From: a bacterium
GTDB lineage: Bacteria > UBA8248
Reading direction: 5' to 3'
Assembly: GCA_965213625.1 (NCBI GenBank)
Contig: CBDBZU010000004.1
Span: forward strand, 1,664,001 to 1,728,000
Length of the DNA stretch: 64,000 nt
Part shown: piece by piece, positions 11,356 to 21,058 of the stretch
Layout: every line of letters begins with the position of its first letter
Numbering within the stretch: position 1 is the first letter of the stretch
Translations under genes and position numbers: made by a program
The notes under the pieces: model-generated
Databases searched by the model: none
What the model was told of the DNA's origin: nothing
The model's input: only the letters and a program-made list of their open reading frames with translations

Positions 11356-11961
11356 TTAGGCAGGTTTGATTGGAAAGACGCGAACGGCGCCCGGGTATTC
11401 GGGGCAGTGCTGCTCGCAGGTGCCGCAGCCCACGCAGGCCTCGCCGATGACAGGGCCTTTTCCGTCCTCTTTCTCCTCGACCCGTATCGCGCTCTCGCCG
11501 ATGGGGCAGCGCGTCACGCAGTAGTTGCACTCCTCATCCGTCCCGTTCCAGGCGAAGCACGTCTCGGGGTTCACCTCCGCGAGACCCACGCGGATCTCCT
11601 CCCTGGGCACGAGGGTGAGCGCTCCCGTGGGGCAGACCTTCATGCAGGAAAGGTCGTCGCAGACCACGCAGGCGCCGTCCACGGGGATGATGCGGGGCGC
11701 CTCGAGGCCGGAGCCGTCCTCGCGGGGGAGCATGAGGATGGCGTCCGCCGGACACGCGAGCGCGCATTGCGCACTGCCCGTGCAGAGTTCCAGGAAATCG
11801 GCTTCCGCCGCCGCGCCCGGCGGGCGCAGAACAGGCCCTTCGAGATCCGAGCGCTGCAACTGGGTTTCTCCCTGGTGCATTCCCTGCATGAAGGAGCGCA
11901 TGAAGGAGAGTGGGCCTTCGGTGAAGAACGCCTTGCGATCGATCTGCTTGTCTTCGGCCAT
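11356..11961 (-). CDS. NapG/MauM-like polyferredoxin (4Fe-4S)
   Basis: LRPPGA..E..F, C..ACP, CVVC...CMKVCPTGAL, CNYC...CP, CVGCGTC...CP. Confidence 0.85.
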   Translation of the reverse strand: MAEDKQIDRKAFFTEGPLSFMRSFMQGMHQGETQLQRSDLEGPVLRPPGAAAEADFLELCTGSAQCALACPADAILMLPREDGSGLEAPRIIPVDGACVVCDDLSCMKVCPTGALTLVPREEIRVGLAEVNPETCFAWNGTDEECNYCVTRCPIGESAIRVEEKEDGKGPVIGEACVGCGTCEQHCPEYPGAVRVFPIKPA

Positions 11962-12063
11962 TTTACTTGCATCCTCAAATCTTGTTTTTCGTTTGATAGT
12001 GTGCGACAAGTCGAGTATACAAGACTATCGTTTTTCCGCACCCCCATATTGAAGGAGAACCTC

Positions 12064-13326
12064 TTGTCCGGGGATACCGCCACACAGAAAATCCTGGCCC
12101 GCGCCAGCGGGCGTGAGCGCGTGGACGTGGGCGACATCGTCTGGGCCAAGGTCGACGCCCACGTCATGCACGACAACCAGGGGCCGTTCCGCATGGGGAA
12201 GGATTTCGCCGAACTGGGCCTTCCCATCTGGGACAAGAACCGCTTCATGCTCACGGCCGACCACCACAACCCGCCCACCGGCGATTCACAGTCGAGGGTG
12301 CTGAACGTCACCAGAGCCTGGGCGGCCGAGCAGGAGCTCTCCCATTTCTATGACGCTGAGGGCATCTGCCACATCCTCATGGCGGAGAAGGGCTTCGTGC
12401 GTCCGGGCGTTCTCGTGACCGGCACGGACAGCCACACCACCAACACGGGCGCGCTGGGGGCGCTGGGCGTGGCCATCGGCCCGACGGAGAGCATCGGCGT
12501 GCTCGCCAAGGGAGAGGTCTGGCTCCGCGTGCCCGAGACGATACGCGTACACTTCAAGGGCCGGGTTCCGGCCGGGATTTACGGGAAGGACATGGCGCTG
12601 CTCGCGCTTAAAGACCTCAAGGTCGACGGGGCGGAATACAAGGTGCTCCAGTTCGAGGGCGAGGCGCTCATGGCGTTGCCCGTCGAGGACCGCATGACGC
12701 TCTCCAACATGGCGGCGGAGTTCAGCGCCAAGAGTTCCATCATCGACGTGGATGAGGCGACGGCGGAATATCTCAAAAACGCAGGGGTGGAGGACGGCTG
12801 GGAGGCCGTGCGCTCAGACTCCGATGCGACCTATGCCGAATCCTACGAATACGACGTGACCGACTTATCGCCCCAGGTGGCGTGCCCCCACAGGATGGAC
12901 AACGTCTACCCGGTGGAGGAGGTGGACTCGCCTCCGCTCAATCGTGCGCACATCGGCTCGTGCACGGGGGCGAAGCTTCTCGATCTGCAGGCGGCGGCGG
13001 CGGTGCTCAAGGGCAGGCGGGTCGCCCACGGGGTTCAGCTTCTCATCGCGCCCGCCAGCAAGGACATCATGAGCAAGGCCATGGCGGACGGGACGCTCGG
13101 CGCGCTCATCGACGCGGGCGGCGTGCTCCTGCCCACCACCTGCGGCGTCTGCGCGGGCAGGGGACCGGGACAACTCGGAGACGGGGAGGTGTGTATCTCC
13201 TCGGCCAACCGCAACTACAAAGGACGCATGGGAAGCCTCGAGGCGTCGATATACCTGGCCTCGGCCGCCACGGTGGCGGCGAGCGCAATCAAGGGCCACG
13301 TGGCCGACCCGAGGGAGTTCATCTGA
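12064..13326 (+). CDS. Aconitase-family hydratase large subunit (LeuC/HacA type)
   Basis: TATQKILARASG, DH, GICH, DSHT, IGSCT, CGVC.G, SSANRNYKGRMG. TTG start after GAAGGAG. Confidence 0.9.
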   Translation: MSGDTATQKILARASGRERVDVGDIVWAKVDAHVMHDNQGPFRMGKDFAELGLPIWDKNRFMLTADHHNPPTGDSQSRVLNVTRAWAAEQELSHFYDAEGICHILMAEKGFVRPGVLVTGTDSHTTNTGALGALGVAIGPTESIGVLAKGEVWLRVPETIRVHFKGRVPAGIYGKDMALLALKDLKVDGAEYKVLQFEGEALMALPVEDRMTLSNMAAEFSAKSSIIDVDEATAEYLKNAGVEDGWEAVRSDSDATYAESYEYDVTDLSPQVACPHRMDNVYPVEEVDSPPLNRAHIGSCTGAKLLDLQAAAAVLKGRRVAHGVQLLIAPASKDIMSKAMADGTLGALIDAGGVLLPTTCGVCAGRGPGQLGDGEVCISSANRNYKGRMGSLEASIYLASAATVAASAIKGHVADPREFI

Positions 13327-13826
13327 TGAGCAACGAGACGCAAACGATTGAGGGCGGCGCCTGGGTGTTCGGCGACAACGTGGATACGGGCTATATCATG
13401 CCGTCCAAATACGCGAGCCTGCCGGATGAGGAACTGGCCGCTCACGCGATGGAGGGCATCGACCCCGATTTCCCCAAAAACGTGCAAGCGGGCGACGTGA
13501 TAATCGGTGGAGGGAATTTCGGCTGCGGTTCGAGCCGCGAGACGGCTCCCCGAGGCATCAAGCAAGCGGGGGTGGGCGCCGTAATCGCGCGGACGTTCGC
13601 CAGGAATTTTTTCAGGAATTCGCTGTGCATCGGGCTGCCCGTGCTCATCTGCGCCGATGCGGAATCGATAGAACAGGGCGACCGCGTTCGCGTCGACCCG
13701 ATTGCGGGAAGGGTCGAGAACCTCACCAAGGGCCAGACCCTGCAAGCCGAGCCCCTGCCAGACCACATCATGGACATGGTGAAGGCGGGCGGCCTCGTAC
13801 CCTACCTCAAACAAACGCTGACGTAA
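13326..13826 (+). CDS. Aconitase-family hydratase small subunit (LeuD/HacB type)
   Basis: FGDNVDT..I.P, NFGCGSSRE.A, FARNFFRN, GGL. Coupled to the large subunit. Confidence 0.9.
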   Translation: MSNETQTIEGGAWVFGDNVDTGYIMPSKYASLPDEELAAHAMEGIDPDFPKNVQAGDVIIGGGNFGCGSSRETAPRGIKQAGVGAVIARTFARNFFRNSLCIGLPVLICADAESIEQGDRVRVDPIAGRVENLTKGQTLQAEPLPDHIMDMVKAGGLVPYLKQTLT

Positions 13827-13840
13827 GGCCCCATCCGCCG

Positions 13841-14327
13841 GGGGCTGTTGAAAATCGCTTCAAGGAAAAGCGCCTGCGGAGCATTCACCGTCCTTGCGCT
13901 TAATATCTCCCTACCGGAGCAACCCGCCGCGCCGCTTCACCCTGAGTAGCGGCGAAGCCGCGTATCGAAGGGCGAAGTTCAGGCTTGCGAGAGAGAAGCG
14001 CCTCCCATCCTTCGATACGGCGCTTGAGCGCCTACTCAGGATGAGGGCTTGGGGCGTCGGCTCGGGATGAGGGGGAGCCCGTAGGGACAGGTCGCGATCT
14101 CTCCGATGCCGCTTGCGCCGGAATGACGAACAAAACCGCACCATCTCTTTGGGGCATATCGCGACTTCGGACAGGCCCGGTCAGGGCGCCCCCTGCGCCC
14201 GCCCTAACTATCCCTACGTCCCTACCTCTCCGGTCAGCACTATTCGCCGAATCACGAAATCAGGATTTTAAATAACCCATCCCCGGTCGGGTTCGACCTC
14301 ACTTATCGGGATTTTTCCAACAATCCC
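13841..14327. repeat. MITE-like intergenic element with IS1182-type ends containing CTGAG..GAAG palindromic repeats
   Basis: Starts GGGGCTGTTGAAAAT and ends TTTTTCCAACAATCCC. Internal CCTGAGTAGCGGCGAAGCCGCGTATCGAAGG plus an inverted partner. Confidence 0.6.
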
Positions 14328-15170
14328 TTACGGTGCGACGACGGTGCTCCTGAGCACGCCGATGTTCTCGACCTCGCACTCCACCACGTCGCCCACGCTC
14401 AGAAGTCCCGGCGGGTCCATCGCGAAGCCCACGCCCTCGGGCGTGCCGGTGGCTATCATGTCGCCGGGCACGAGCGTCATGCTCTCAGACAGCACCGAGA
14501 CGACGGTGGCGATATCGAAAATCATGTCGTTCGTGTTCGAGCTCTGCCGCGTCTGGCCGTTCACGCGAGAGATGACGGCCAGGTTGTTCCCGTCGCCTGC
14601 CTCGTCCTTGGTGACGATCCAGGGGCCCAGCGGACCGAAGCTGTCGAGCGCCTTGCCCTTGAACCACTGGTTATGGGCGCGCTGCACGTCGCGGGCCGAG
14701 ACCTCGTTCATGACGGTGTAGCCGTATACGTGATCCATCGCCTCATCGAGCGGGATGTTGATACCCTCCTTGCCGATCACGATGACGAGTTCGCATTCAT
14801 AATCGAGTTCGTTCACGTTATCGTGGAGGATGATTTCCCCGTCCGGCCCGTTGTGCGAACCCGACCACTTGCAGAAGAACACCGGAATCTCGGGGTAGAC
14901 GCCCACCGGGCGCCCATATTTGCGCGCGCCCTCATCGGCGTGTTTCTTGTAGTTGAGACCCACGGCGAGGACGGGCCGCGCGAGTTTCGCAATCGGCGCG
15001 AGCATTGTAATGGACTCGAGCGCCACCGGCTGCCCGTTGGTTACGGGCGTTCCGCCCCGGGCGATGACTTCCGCCGCGTCGCCCGTATGGGGGACGACGT
15101 CTTCTACGCCGTTTTCCGTCAATACGGCCACGCGGGGGCCAGTGTCTGATTCATAGGTCAGCAGTTTCAT
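14328..15170 (-). CDS. Fumarylacetoacetate hydrolase family protein
   Basis: VGLNY..H, LDYECEL, GYTVMNEVSARD.Q, KGK..D.FGPLGP, TGTPEGVG. Confidence 0.9.
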   Translation of the reverse strand: MKLLTYESDTGPRVAVLTENGVEDVVPHTGDAAEVIARGGTPVTNGQPVALESITMLAPIAKLARPVLAVGLNYKKHADEGARKYGRPVGVYPEIPVFFCKWSGSHNGPDGEIILHDNVNELDYECELVIVIGKEGINIPLDEAMDHVYGYTVMNEVSARDVQRAHNQWFKGKALDSFGPLGPWIVTKDEAGDGNNLAVISRVNGQTRQSSNTNDMIFDIATVVSVLSESMTLVPGDMIATGTPEGVGFAMDPPGLLSVGDVVECEVENIGVLRSTVVAP

Positions 15171-15233
15171 TTTCTCTCCTAAGTTTCACGTAAGCATAGA
15201 TGGAAAATTGAATCCGGTTTTTAGAGAAAAACC

Positions 15234-16019
15234 TCAGCCTGCGAGTTCGCGAATCATACTCGCCTGTGTTTTGGCGCCGGCGATCATGAAGTTGAGGTCG
15301 CTGCCCGAGAGGATGAAGCGCATCCCCTCCTGGATTCTGCGCTCTATCATCTGGGGATCGTAGGACCCGCCCATGCCGGCTATCTTGCCGTGCTTCTTAC
15401 AGGCGGCGTTCACCTGGTCATACACCTTGTTGACGCGGGGGTGGTCGTGCTGGCCGACGATGCCCATCCCCGTGCTCAAATCGTTCGTGCCGATCAGCAG
15501 CACGTCGATGCCATCCACAGCGGCGATGGCGTCCGCCTCATCGCCTGCTTCGGGCGTCTCGATCATGGCGACAAGGAGCGTCTCGTCGTTGATGCCGCTC
15601 AGCATCTCGGCTGCGCCGATGGCCTCGAAGCGGCCGTGGGCCAGCCCCCCGCCCGCGCTGCGTCCGCCCTCGGGCGGAAATTTGCAGATTTTCACGAACT
15701 CCTCGGCCTCTTGCGCATTGTTCACGTGGGGCAGGACGATGCCCTGCGCCCCTGAGTCCAGAATCCGCGTGCTCAGGTGTCCGTCGAGCGAGGCCACGCG
15801 CACGAGCGGCGTGATCCCTTGAGTCAGGGCGGCGATGGATATCTGCTGCGCGGTTTCGAGGTCGAAGGGTCCGTGTTCGAGGTCGATGAAGAGCCAGTCG
15901 AAGCCGGCCGCCTTCATGGCGAGGCCGACCTCCACCGATCGCGCCATTCGCACGCCCGCGCCCAGGGTGACCTCTCCGGCGTAGGATTTTCTTTTCGTCT
16001 CGTTCGTGATGATGCCCAA
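15234..16019 (-). CDS. HpcH/HpaI class II aldolase
   Basis: GFDWLFIDLEHG, LD.GAQGI..P, MIET, D...IG.NDL. TTG start after GGAGG. Confidence 0.9.
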   Translation of the reverse strand: MGIITNETKRKSYAGEVTLGAGVRMARSVEVGLAMKAAGFDWLFIDLEHGPFDLETAQQISIAALTQGITPLVRVASLDGHLSTRILDSGAQGIVLPHVNNAQEAEEFVKICKFPPEGGRSAGGGLAHGRFEAIGAAEMLSGINDETLLVAMIETPEAGDEADAIAAVDGIDVLLIGTNDLSTGMGIVGQHDHPRVNKVYDQVNAACKKHGKIAGMGGSYDPQMIERRIQEGMRFILSGSDLNFMIAGAKTQASMIRELAG

Positions 16020-16148
16020 GGCGAAGACCTCCATTCAAGGAAAAACAACTGAAACAGTGGAATCAAGCAGTATGGATTCTTACGCCCATGAAATACTCCA
16101 CTTGCGCGCTGTCGGCAAGAGCGGCGGGGGATCGGGCGTGGAGATGGC

Positions 16149-16190
16149 CGCCAAAAGCCATGACTTTCAGGGGCGAACGGCGTATTCTCG
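16149..16190 (+). repeat. 42-bp direct repeat, copy 1 (promoter-like ATGACT-N17-TATTCT)
   Basis: 41/42 identical to 17433-17474. Confidence 0.85.
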
Positions 16191-16264
16191 TTTGGGCGAC
16201 GCGGTCTTGCCGGGAGTTTGACGCCGATTAATTTATTCTGTTTTCTTTTTCTTGCGCTGCCGTC

Positions 16265-17287
16265 TTATGCGCCTGTTTCCGCGAAACGGGGCATGACTTC
16301 ACGGGCCAGGGTTTCGATAATTTCGTAGCGTTCTTCCAGCCGGAAAGGCATGGCAACGATGACCTTCTCCACTCCTATCTCTTGTAGAGTTTCGAAGCGG
16401 GCGACGATGTCGTTCGGCGTGCCTACGACGGCGAAGCGGTCCACCATGTAATCGGTGATGAGGCTTGCGTTCTTTGTCTTGTGGCCTACGTCGCTCTCGT
16501 CACACTTCTCACGAAAGGCCTGCACGTCCGGCAGGTGCTCTTCCGGCACCGCATGGAAGCCCATGCGAAAATTATGGTTGGCACGGTTGCACAGGCGCGC
16601 CCGAATTGCCCGGCGAACCGCGTCGCGGTCTTCACCGACGCTGACGATGAAATCGAACCAGATTGGCACATGGCCGGGTTCGCGGCCGGCGCGCGCCTCA
16701 CCCTCTGCGATGCAGCCCCGTGCCCACTCGATTACCTCAGGCGTCGCGCCCGCGCCAAGAATGACCGCATCGGCCAGTTCTCCGGCGATGGACAGCATTT
16801 TCGGACCGTCGGCTGCGAGGCAAATCGGTATGTGCGGCTTCCGCCAGTTGGACCGCATTCGCGCACCCTCGTAGGTTACGGGCTCGCCGTCCAGCAATCC
16901 ACGAATTACGGACAGATATTCCCGCATTTCCGCCAGACGAGCGGCGCGCTTGCCGAGCAGGTATACCGCCGTATCGCCGGAGCCGACACCGAGGAAAGTG
17001 CGCCGCGGGGTGATCGCGTAATCGATCGACCCGAACGCATTGGCGACGACCGCCGGATGCCGGATGAAGGGGACGGTCACACCGGTACCGATCCCGGCGC
17101 GTTCGGTTGCTCCGGCGGCAAGCGCCATGACGACGAAGGGATCGCGCAGGTGGAAGTGCGACAGGGAAACCGTGTCGGAGAACAGCAGCGGATCGAAGCC
17201 GAGCTCTTCTGCGCGCTGCACGAATTTCAGATATTCCGGGATCGGCGTGAATTCGTTCTGGGGTCCGATGCGGAGGCCGATCTGCAT
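16265..17287 (-). CDS. LLM-class flavin/F420-dependent oxidoreductase (Mer-like)
   Basis: AEELGFD, DPF, GTGVT.P..RHP, LGVGSGD, AADGPKML..AGELAD, VGTP. Confidence 0.85.
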   Translation of the reverse strand: MQIGLRIGPQNEFTPIPEYLKFVQRAEELGFDPLLFSDTVSLSHFHLRDPFVVMALAAGATERAGIGTGVTVPFIRHPAVVANAFGSIDYAITPRRTFLGVGSGDTAVYLLGKRAARLAEMREYLSVIRGLLDGEPVTYEGARMRSNWRKPHIPICLAADGPKMLSIAGELADAVILGAGATPEVIEWARGCIAEGEARAGREPGHVPIWFDFIVSVGEDRDAVRRAIRARLCNRANHNFRMGFHAVPEEHLPDVQAFREKCDESDVGHKTKNASLITDYMVDRFAVVGTPNDIVARFETLQEIGVEKVIVAMPFRLEERYEIIETLAREVMPRFAETGA

Positions 17288-17432
17288 CTAATATATCTCC
17301 TCATGGCTTGAGTCCGGTAATCGGGTGAGGTTGGCGCCTTGATGTTCTCGAGCCTTATCCTGCCTTGTCATGCCCCGTCAAGTCGATGGCGGGTGTTGAA
17401 GCGCTCCGGTGACGAACCTGCCCTGCACGACG

Positions 17433-17474
17433 CGCCAAAAGCCATGACTTTCAGGGGCAAACGGCGTATTCTCG
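17433..17474 (+). promoter_or_regulatory. 42-bp direct repeat, copy 2; probable promoter of the VOC gene
   Basis: ATGACT-17 nt-TATTCT about 55 nt upstream of the VOC start. Confidence 0.6.
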
Positions 17475-17528
17475 AACCGAATTCTGCGCTGCTATCGTTT
17501 ATCGGGTCATTCTCTCGGGAGGCTTTTG

Positions 17529-18032
17529 ATGATTCGCTCCATCCGTCTGCAGCACATGGGGATAAAGGTGCGCGACCTGGAGCGCTCCGTAAAATTCTAC
17601 TCCGAAGTCCTGGGCTTCAAGCTGCGATCGCGCCACGAGGCGGGCAGCCACCCGGCGGCCCCGTTCGGCTCCGCGTTCATGTATCTGGACGACTACCACC
17701 ACCAACTGGCGATATTCAGCGTGCCCGAGGACTGGGTGGATGAGGGGGGTGAGGACACCGTGCCGCGCCGCGACACAGGATTGCACCACCTGGCGTTCGA
17801 GGTGGCCGACCAGGCGGCGTTCGACGACGCGGTGGCCTACATCCGCTCGCGTACCGACATCGAGGTCGTCTGGGGACCCTTGCGCTTGGATGAGAGCAAC
17901 GGCCTCTGGGGCGGGCACGAGGGCATCTACTTCCTGGATCCGGACGGCAACCGCATCGAGGTGTTTCACGATTCGGACATGTTCCCCGGCAGCCGACCCG
18001 CCTGGCGTGATGCGCAGGGGGATGAATGCTGA
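17529..18032 (+). CDS. VOC/glyoxalase family protein
   Basis: LQHMGIKVRDLERS..FY..VLG, GLHHLAF, YFLDPDGNRIE. Confidence 0.9.
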   Translation: MIRSIRLQHMGIKVRDLERSVKFYSEVLGFKLRSRHEAGSHPAAPFGSAFMYLDDYHHQLAIFSVPEDWVDEGGEDTVPRRDTGLHHLAFEVADQAAFDDAVAYIRSRTDIEVVWGPLRLDESNGLWGGHEGIYFLDPDGNRIEVFHDSDMFPGSRPAWRDAQGDEC

Positions 18033-18634
18033 TCGACGGCGTGAGCCTGCTCGCCCTGGCGGTGGTTCTCGGCGTGGTCGTCTACTGCGTTTTCTTCCGC
18101 GACGTCTGGCTGACCCGCCGGATGAAGCCGCTGATCGAAATTCTGGATGCGGGGAGCCGCCTCGAAAGAGGTCGCCTGAGCGGTGGATATTCGGGCAAGC
18201 GCGCCTGGTTCGAGTATCGCGCGCAAAGCGGCGGGAACCCCGCCATAATGCGGGTCGGGATCGCCTGCACGGCTTCCCATTCGTTCAGAATTCACAAGAA
18301 AGAAGAGAGCCTGCAGCCTGCCGAGCGCGCTTGTCTCGAGAATGAAATCGCCAGTCCGAATCATCAGACCTTCTACTCGGGCGATCCGCTTTGGGATTCG
18401 GAACTCACTCTGGCGGCGGACTCAGAAGCCTCGTTCAGGCGCTGGATCAACCGGCCCGACGTGCACGAAACTGTTGGCTCGATTGTTTTGCGGCCTCTCA
18501 GCACCATCATTCTCTGCGAGCGGGGCGCGTTGTGCGCCGTCTATCTGGGACCGGGTGCTGAGGCCGTCTTCCAGAGCCGCTTCGCGAGGGACGCGCTGGA
18601 TGAACTCGTATCGCTCAGCGAAACCCTGGTTTGA
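18026..18634 (+). CDS. Hypothetical protein with N-terminal membrane anchor
   Basis: Hydrophobic N-terminus. Overlaps the VOC stop. Confidence 0.6.
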   Translation: MLIDGVSLLALAVVLGVVVYCVFFRDVWLTRRMKPLIEILDAGSRLERGRLSGGYSGKRAWFEYRAQSGGNPAIMRVGIACTASHSFRIHKKEESLQPAERACLENEIASPNHQTFYSGDPLWDSELTLAADSEASFRRWINRPDVHETVGSIVLRPLSTIILCERGALCAVYLGPGAEAVFQSRFARDALDELVSLSETLV

Positions 18635-18702
18635 GGAAGAGCTAATAAACTCGAAGGTAAGCGCACATTAGTCTTACGTGCTCATTGGTCGAATCCTGAA
18701 AA

Positions 18703-19185
18703 CTATTTTTTCAGCGGTGGAAGCCTCAGCAGAATGAGTTCGAATTTCTTGTCCATTTTTTCATCCAGGCGGCTTATTTTCTGATCCAACTGGTCGAATT
18801 TCTTCTCGATTTTATGGTCCAGCAGTTCTATTTGCTTGTCTATCTTCTGATTCAGCAGGGTGATTTTCCTGTCGAGTTTCTCGTCCAGACGACCTACTTT
18901 CTCGTCCAGGCGACTTATTCTTTCTCCGTTGCGCCGTATGTCTTTCTTGATACCATCGAAACGCACATCCATGTACTTCTCGAAGCGAATGATGGAGACG
19001 TTCGTGTTCCCGTCCGCCGCATCGAGCCTCTCGACTTCCGCGTCGACGCGCTCCTTGACGGGCGTGACCTGGGCGCTGACCATGAATACCGTGAATTGAT
19101 AGATACCGCCCGCTATCGCGGCCATGAACAGCCCGAACGTCCATACGCCGGCGTTGGTTTTGAAATGGTCGAAGAGTTTTTGCAT
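18703..19185 (-). CDS. Membrane-anchored coiled-coil protein with LDEK/KID-like repeats
   Basis: N-terminal TM helix, then RLDEKVGRLDEKLDRK...LDHKIEKKFDQLDQKISRLDEKMDKKF. Lower GC than neighbours. Confidence 0.7.
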   Translation of the reverse strand: MQKLFDHFKTNAGVWTFGLFMAAIAGGIYQFTVFMVSAQVTPVKERVDAEVERLDAADGNTNVSIIRFEKYMDVRFDGIKKDIRRNGERISRLDEKVGRLDEKLDRKITLLNQKIDKQIELLDHKIEKKFDQLDQKISRLDEKMDKKFELILLRLPPLKK

Positions 19186-19471
19186 GGATCCCCCCGCCTC
19201 CGGTGAGTAAGAAAGAGTACGGGTCCTCTACACAGAGACTAGTAATTTTGGACCGAAAAGTCAAAAATGCATCAAAAGCAGTCTTTCCTCATTCCCCGTT
19301 CTTTATGGATATCCCCCTTTGGTAGGGGCGGTTCGCGAACCACCCTACTGTGTGAAGGAATTGCAGGTTCGGAAGCGATTGGAACTGCGGAGCACCCCCG
19401 CCTTTCCGCCTCCCCCGCATCTGTACTAGAATCGCCGGAACTTCAACCCGAACGTGAGGGGAGTTTTCCGC

Positions 19472-20590
19472 ATGGTGAACAATCACGAACGCCCGGAGCC
19501 GCGCTTCGACTGGTTCATCCCGATCGACGGCGACGGCGAGCACATCGGCACGACGCGGGCCGAGCGTCCGCCCACGTATGAATACCTGAGCGAGGTGGTC
19601 AAGGCGGCGGCGGAGAACGATTTCTACTCCATGCTCATCCCCACGCGCTTCGCCAACGGGCTATTCGACCAGAGAGCGCCGCTGGCGGAAACATGGACGA
19701 TGGTGACGGCCTTGGCAGCGCAAAGCCGGAAAATACGCTTCCTGATAGCCGTGCGTCCGGGGTTCGTGAACCCGGGCCTCTTCGCGCAGATGGCGGCCAC
19801 GCTCAGCCAGATAACGGGCGGGCGCGTGGATTTGAACGTCGTGCCCGGCGGCATCAAGGGAGAGTTCGAAAAGATGGGGGAGCGCATCGACCACGATACG
19901 CGCTACGAGCGCGCAGAAGAATTTATCGCCGCTATCCGAAAACTCTGGGAGCGGCCTGAGCCTGTCAGCTTCGACGGGGATTTCGTGAAGCTGAATGACG
20001 TGCACTGCTCGCCCGGTCCGGCGGGAGAGACGCCAAAGTTCTATCTCGGCGGCGCATCGCCCGCCGCGCTCAAGCTTGCGGGAACGCAGTCGGACGTATA
20101 TCTCGGCTGGATAGGGCCGGTGGAGGAGACCCGAAAGCACCTGGAGCGCGCGCGTGCTTCTTTCGCCGAGTCGGGGCGAACGCCCGTATTCGGGGTGCGC
20201 TCCCATCTCGTGATGCGCGACACCGAGGACGAAGCCTGGGAGGAGACGCAAGAACTCCTCAGTAGAGCGGAGGATTCCGTGAAAGCGCAGCGCGGCGCGC
20301 TGGTGGCCGGCACGAGCATGGTGGGCGCCGCCGCCCAGGCGCGCGCGTTCGATGATTTCCGGGTCGGGCCTCATCTTTGGAACGGCATCTCCCAGGTGCG
20401 GGTGAACTGCGGCTCGGCGCTCGTGGGAACGCCCGGGCAGATCGCAGAGGAGCTTCTCGGCTACTGGCGGCTGGGCATCGACGAGTTCATCCTCTCGGGC
20501 TACCCCCACGTGGAGGAATGCCACCGCACCGCGCGCGACCTGATCCCCCGAATCAAGGAGATGATAGAGCGCGAACGGGCGGCGGCGTAG
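19472..20590 (+). CDS. LLM-class monooxygenase (SsuD-like)
   Basis: WFIP.DGD, FLIAVRPG, GGR...NVV.G, YLGG.S..A, ALVGTP, EFILSGYPH.EE. Confidence 0.85.
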   Translation: MVNNHERPEPRFDWFIPIDGDGEHIGTTRAERPPTYEYLSEVVKAAAENDFYSMLIPTRFANGLFDQRAPLAETWTMVTALAAQSRKIRFLIAVRPGFVNPGLFAQMAATLSQITGGRVDLNVVPGGIKGEFEKMGERIDHDTRYERAEEFIAAIRKLWERPEPVSFDGDFVKLNDVHCSPGPAGETPKFYLGGASPAALKLAGTQSDVYLGWIGPVEETRKHLERARASFAESGRTPVFGVRSHLVMRDTEDEAWEETQELLSRAEDSVKAQRGALVAGTSMVGAAAQARAFDDFRVGPHLWNGISQVRVNCGSALVGTPGQIAEELLGYWRLGIDEFILSGYPHVEECHRTARDLIPRIKEMIERERAAA

Positions 20591-20728
20591 GGTCTTTCAT
20601 GGCGGCGGATTCGTTTCGTGTGAAATGAAAATACGTTCACTGCAAGAGGAATATTTGAATGGTTTTGTAGAGGACGCAGACCTGCGTCCCTTTCAGGCGC
20701 CGAACACCTGTGATCGGGGCGCATATCT

Positions 20729-20973
20729 GGGTGTGTTGAAAAACCCCTCTCCGCCTCATCCTGAGTAGCGGCGAAGCCGCATATCGAAGGATGCCCTCTC
20801 GCACCGGCTCGAGGCGTTCTACTCCCCTCGCCCTTCGATACGCCGCCTTCGGCGGCTACTCAGGGTGAGGAAAGAGGCGTTGGCGGTTTGCGGGGGATCG
20901 CAAACGGGGGTGTCGCTTTTACCCCCTGACAAGGGGTGGGTACTCTCTTGACAAAGGATTTTTCAACAGCCCC
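20729..20973. mobile_element. Non-autonomous IS1182-type MITE inserted in a REP-like palindrome
   Basis: Ends GGGTGTGTTGAAAAA and TTTTTCAACAGCCCC match the IS1182 IRs at 34986/36505. Flanks rejoin as GGGGCGCATAT..ATGTGTCCCCTAC. Carries a CTGAG..GAAG repeat pair. Confidence 0.75.
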
Positions 20974-21058
20974 ATATGTGTCCCCTACAGCAACTATCAA
21001 TCGTAGGGGAAAATGAAGATTGTAATTACTAACGATAGAGCCACTTAAAGGAGAGATC

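Noticed and set aside
11407-12063. Apparent 219-aa N-terminal extension of the LeuC-type ORF
   Set aside because: It overlaps the ferredoxin gene on the opposite strand; the real start is TTG at 12064 with an RBS.
13940-13975. Hammerhead ribozyme reading of the CTGAG..GAAG repeats
   Set aside because: Lacks the CUGANGA and GAAA..UH core consensus.
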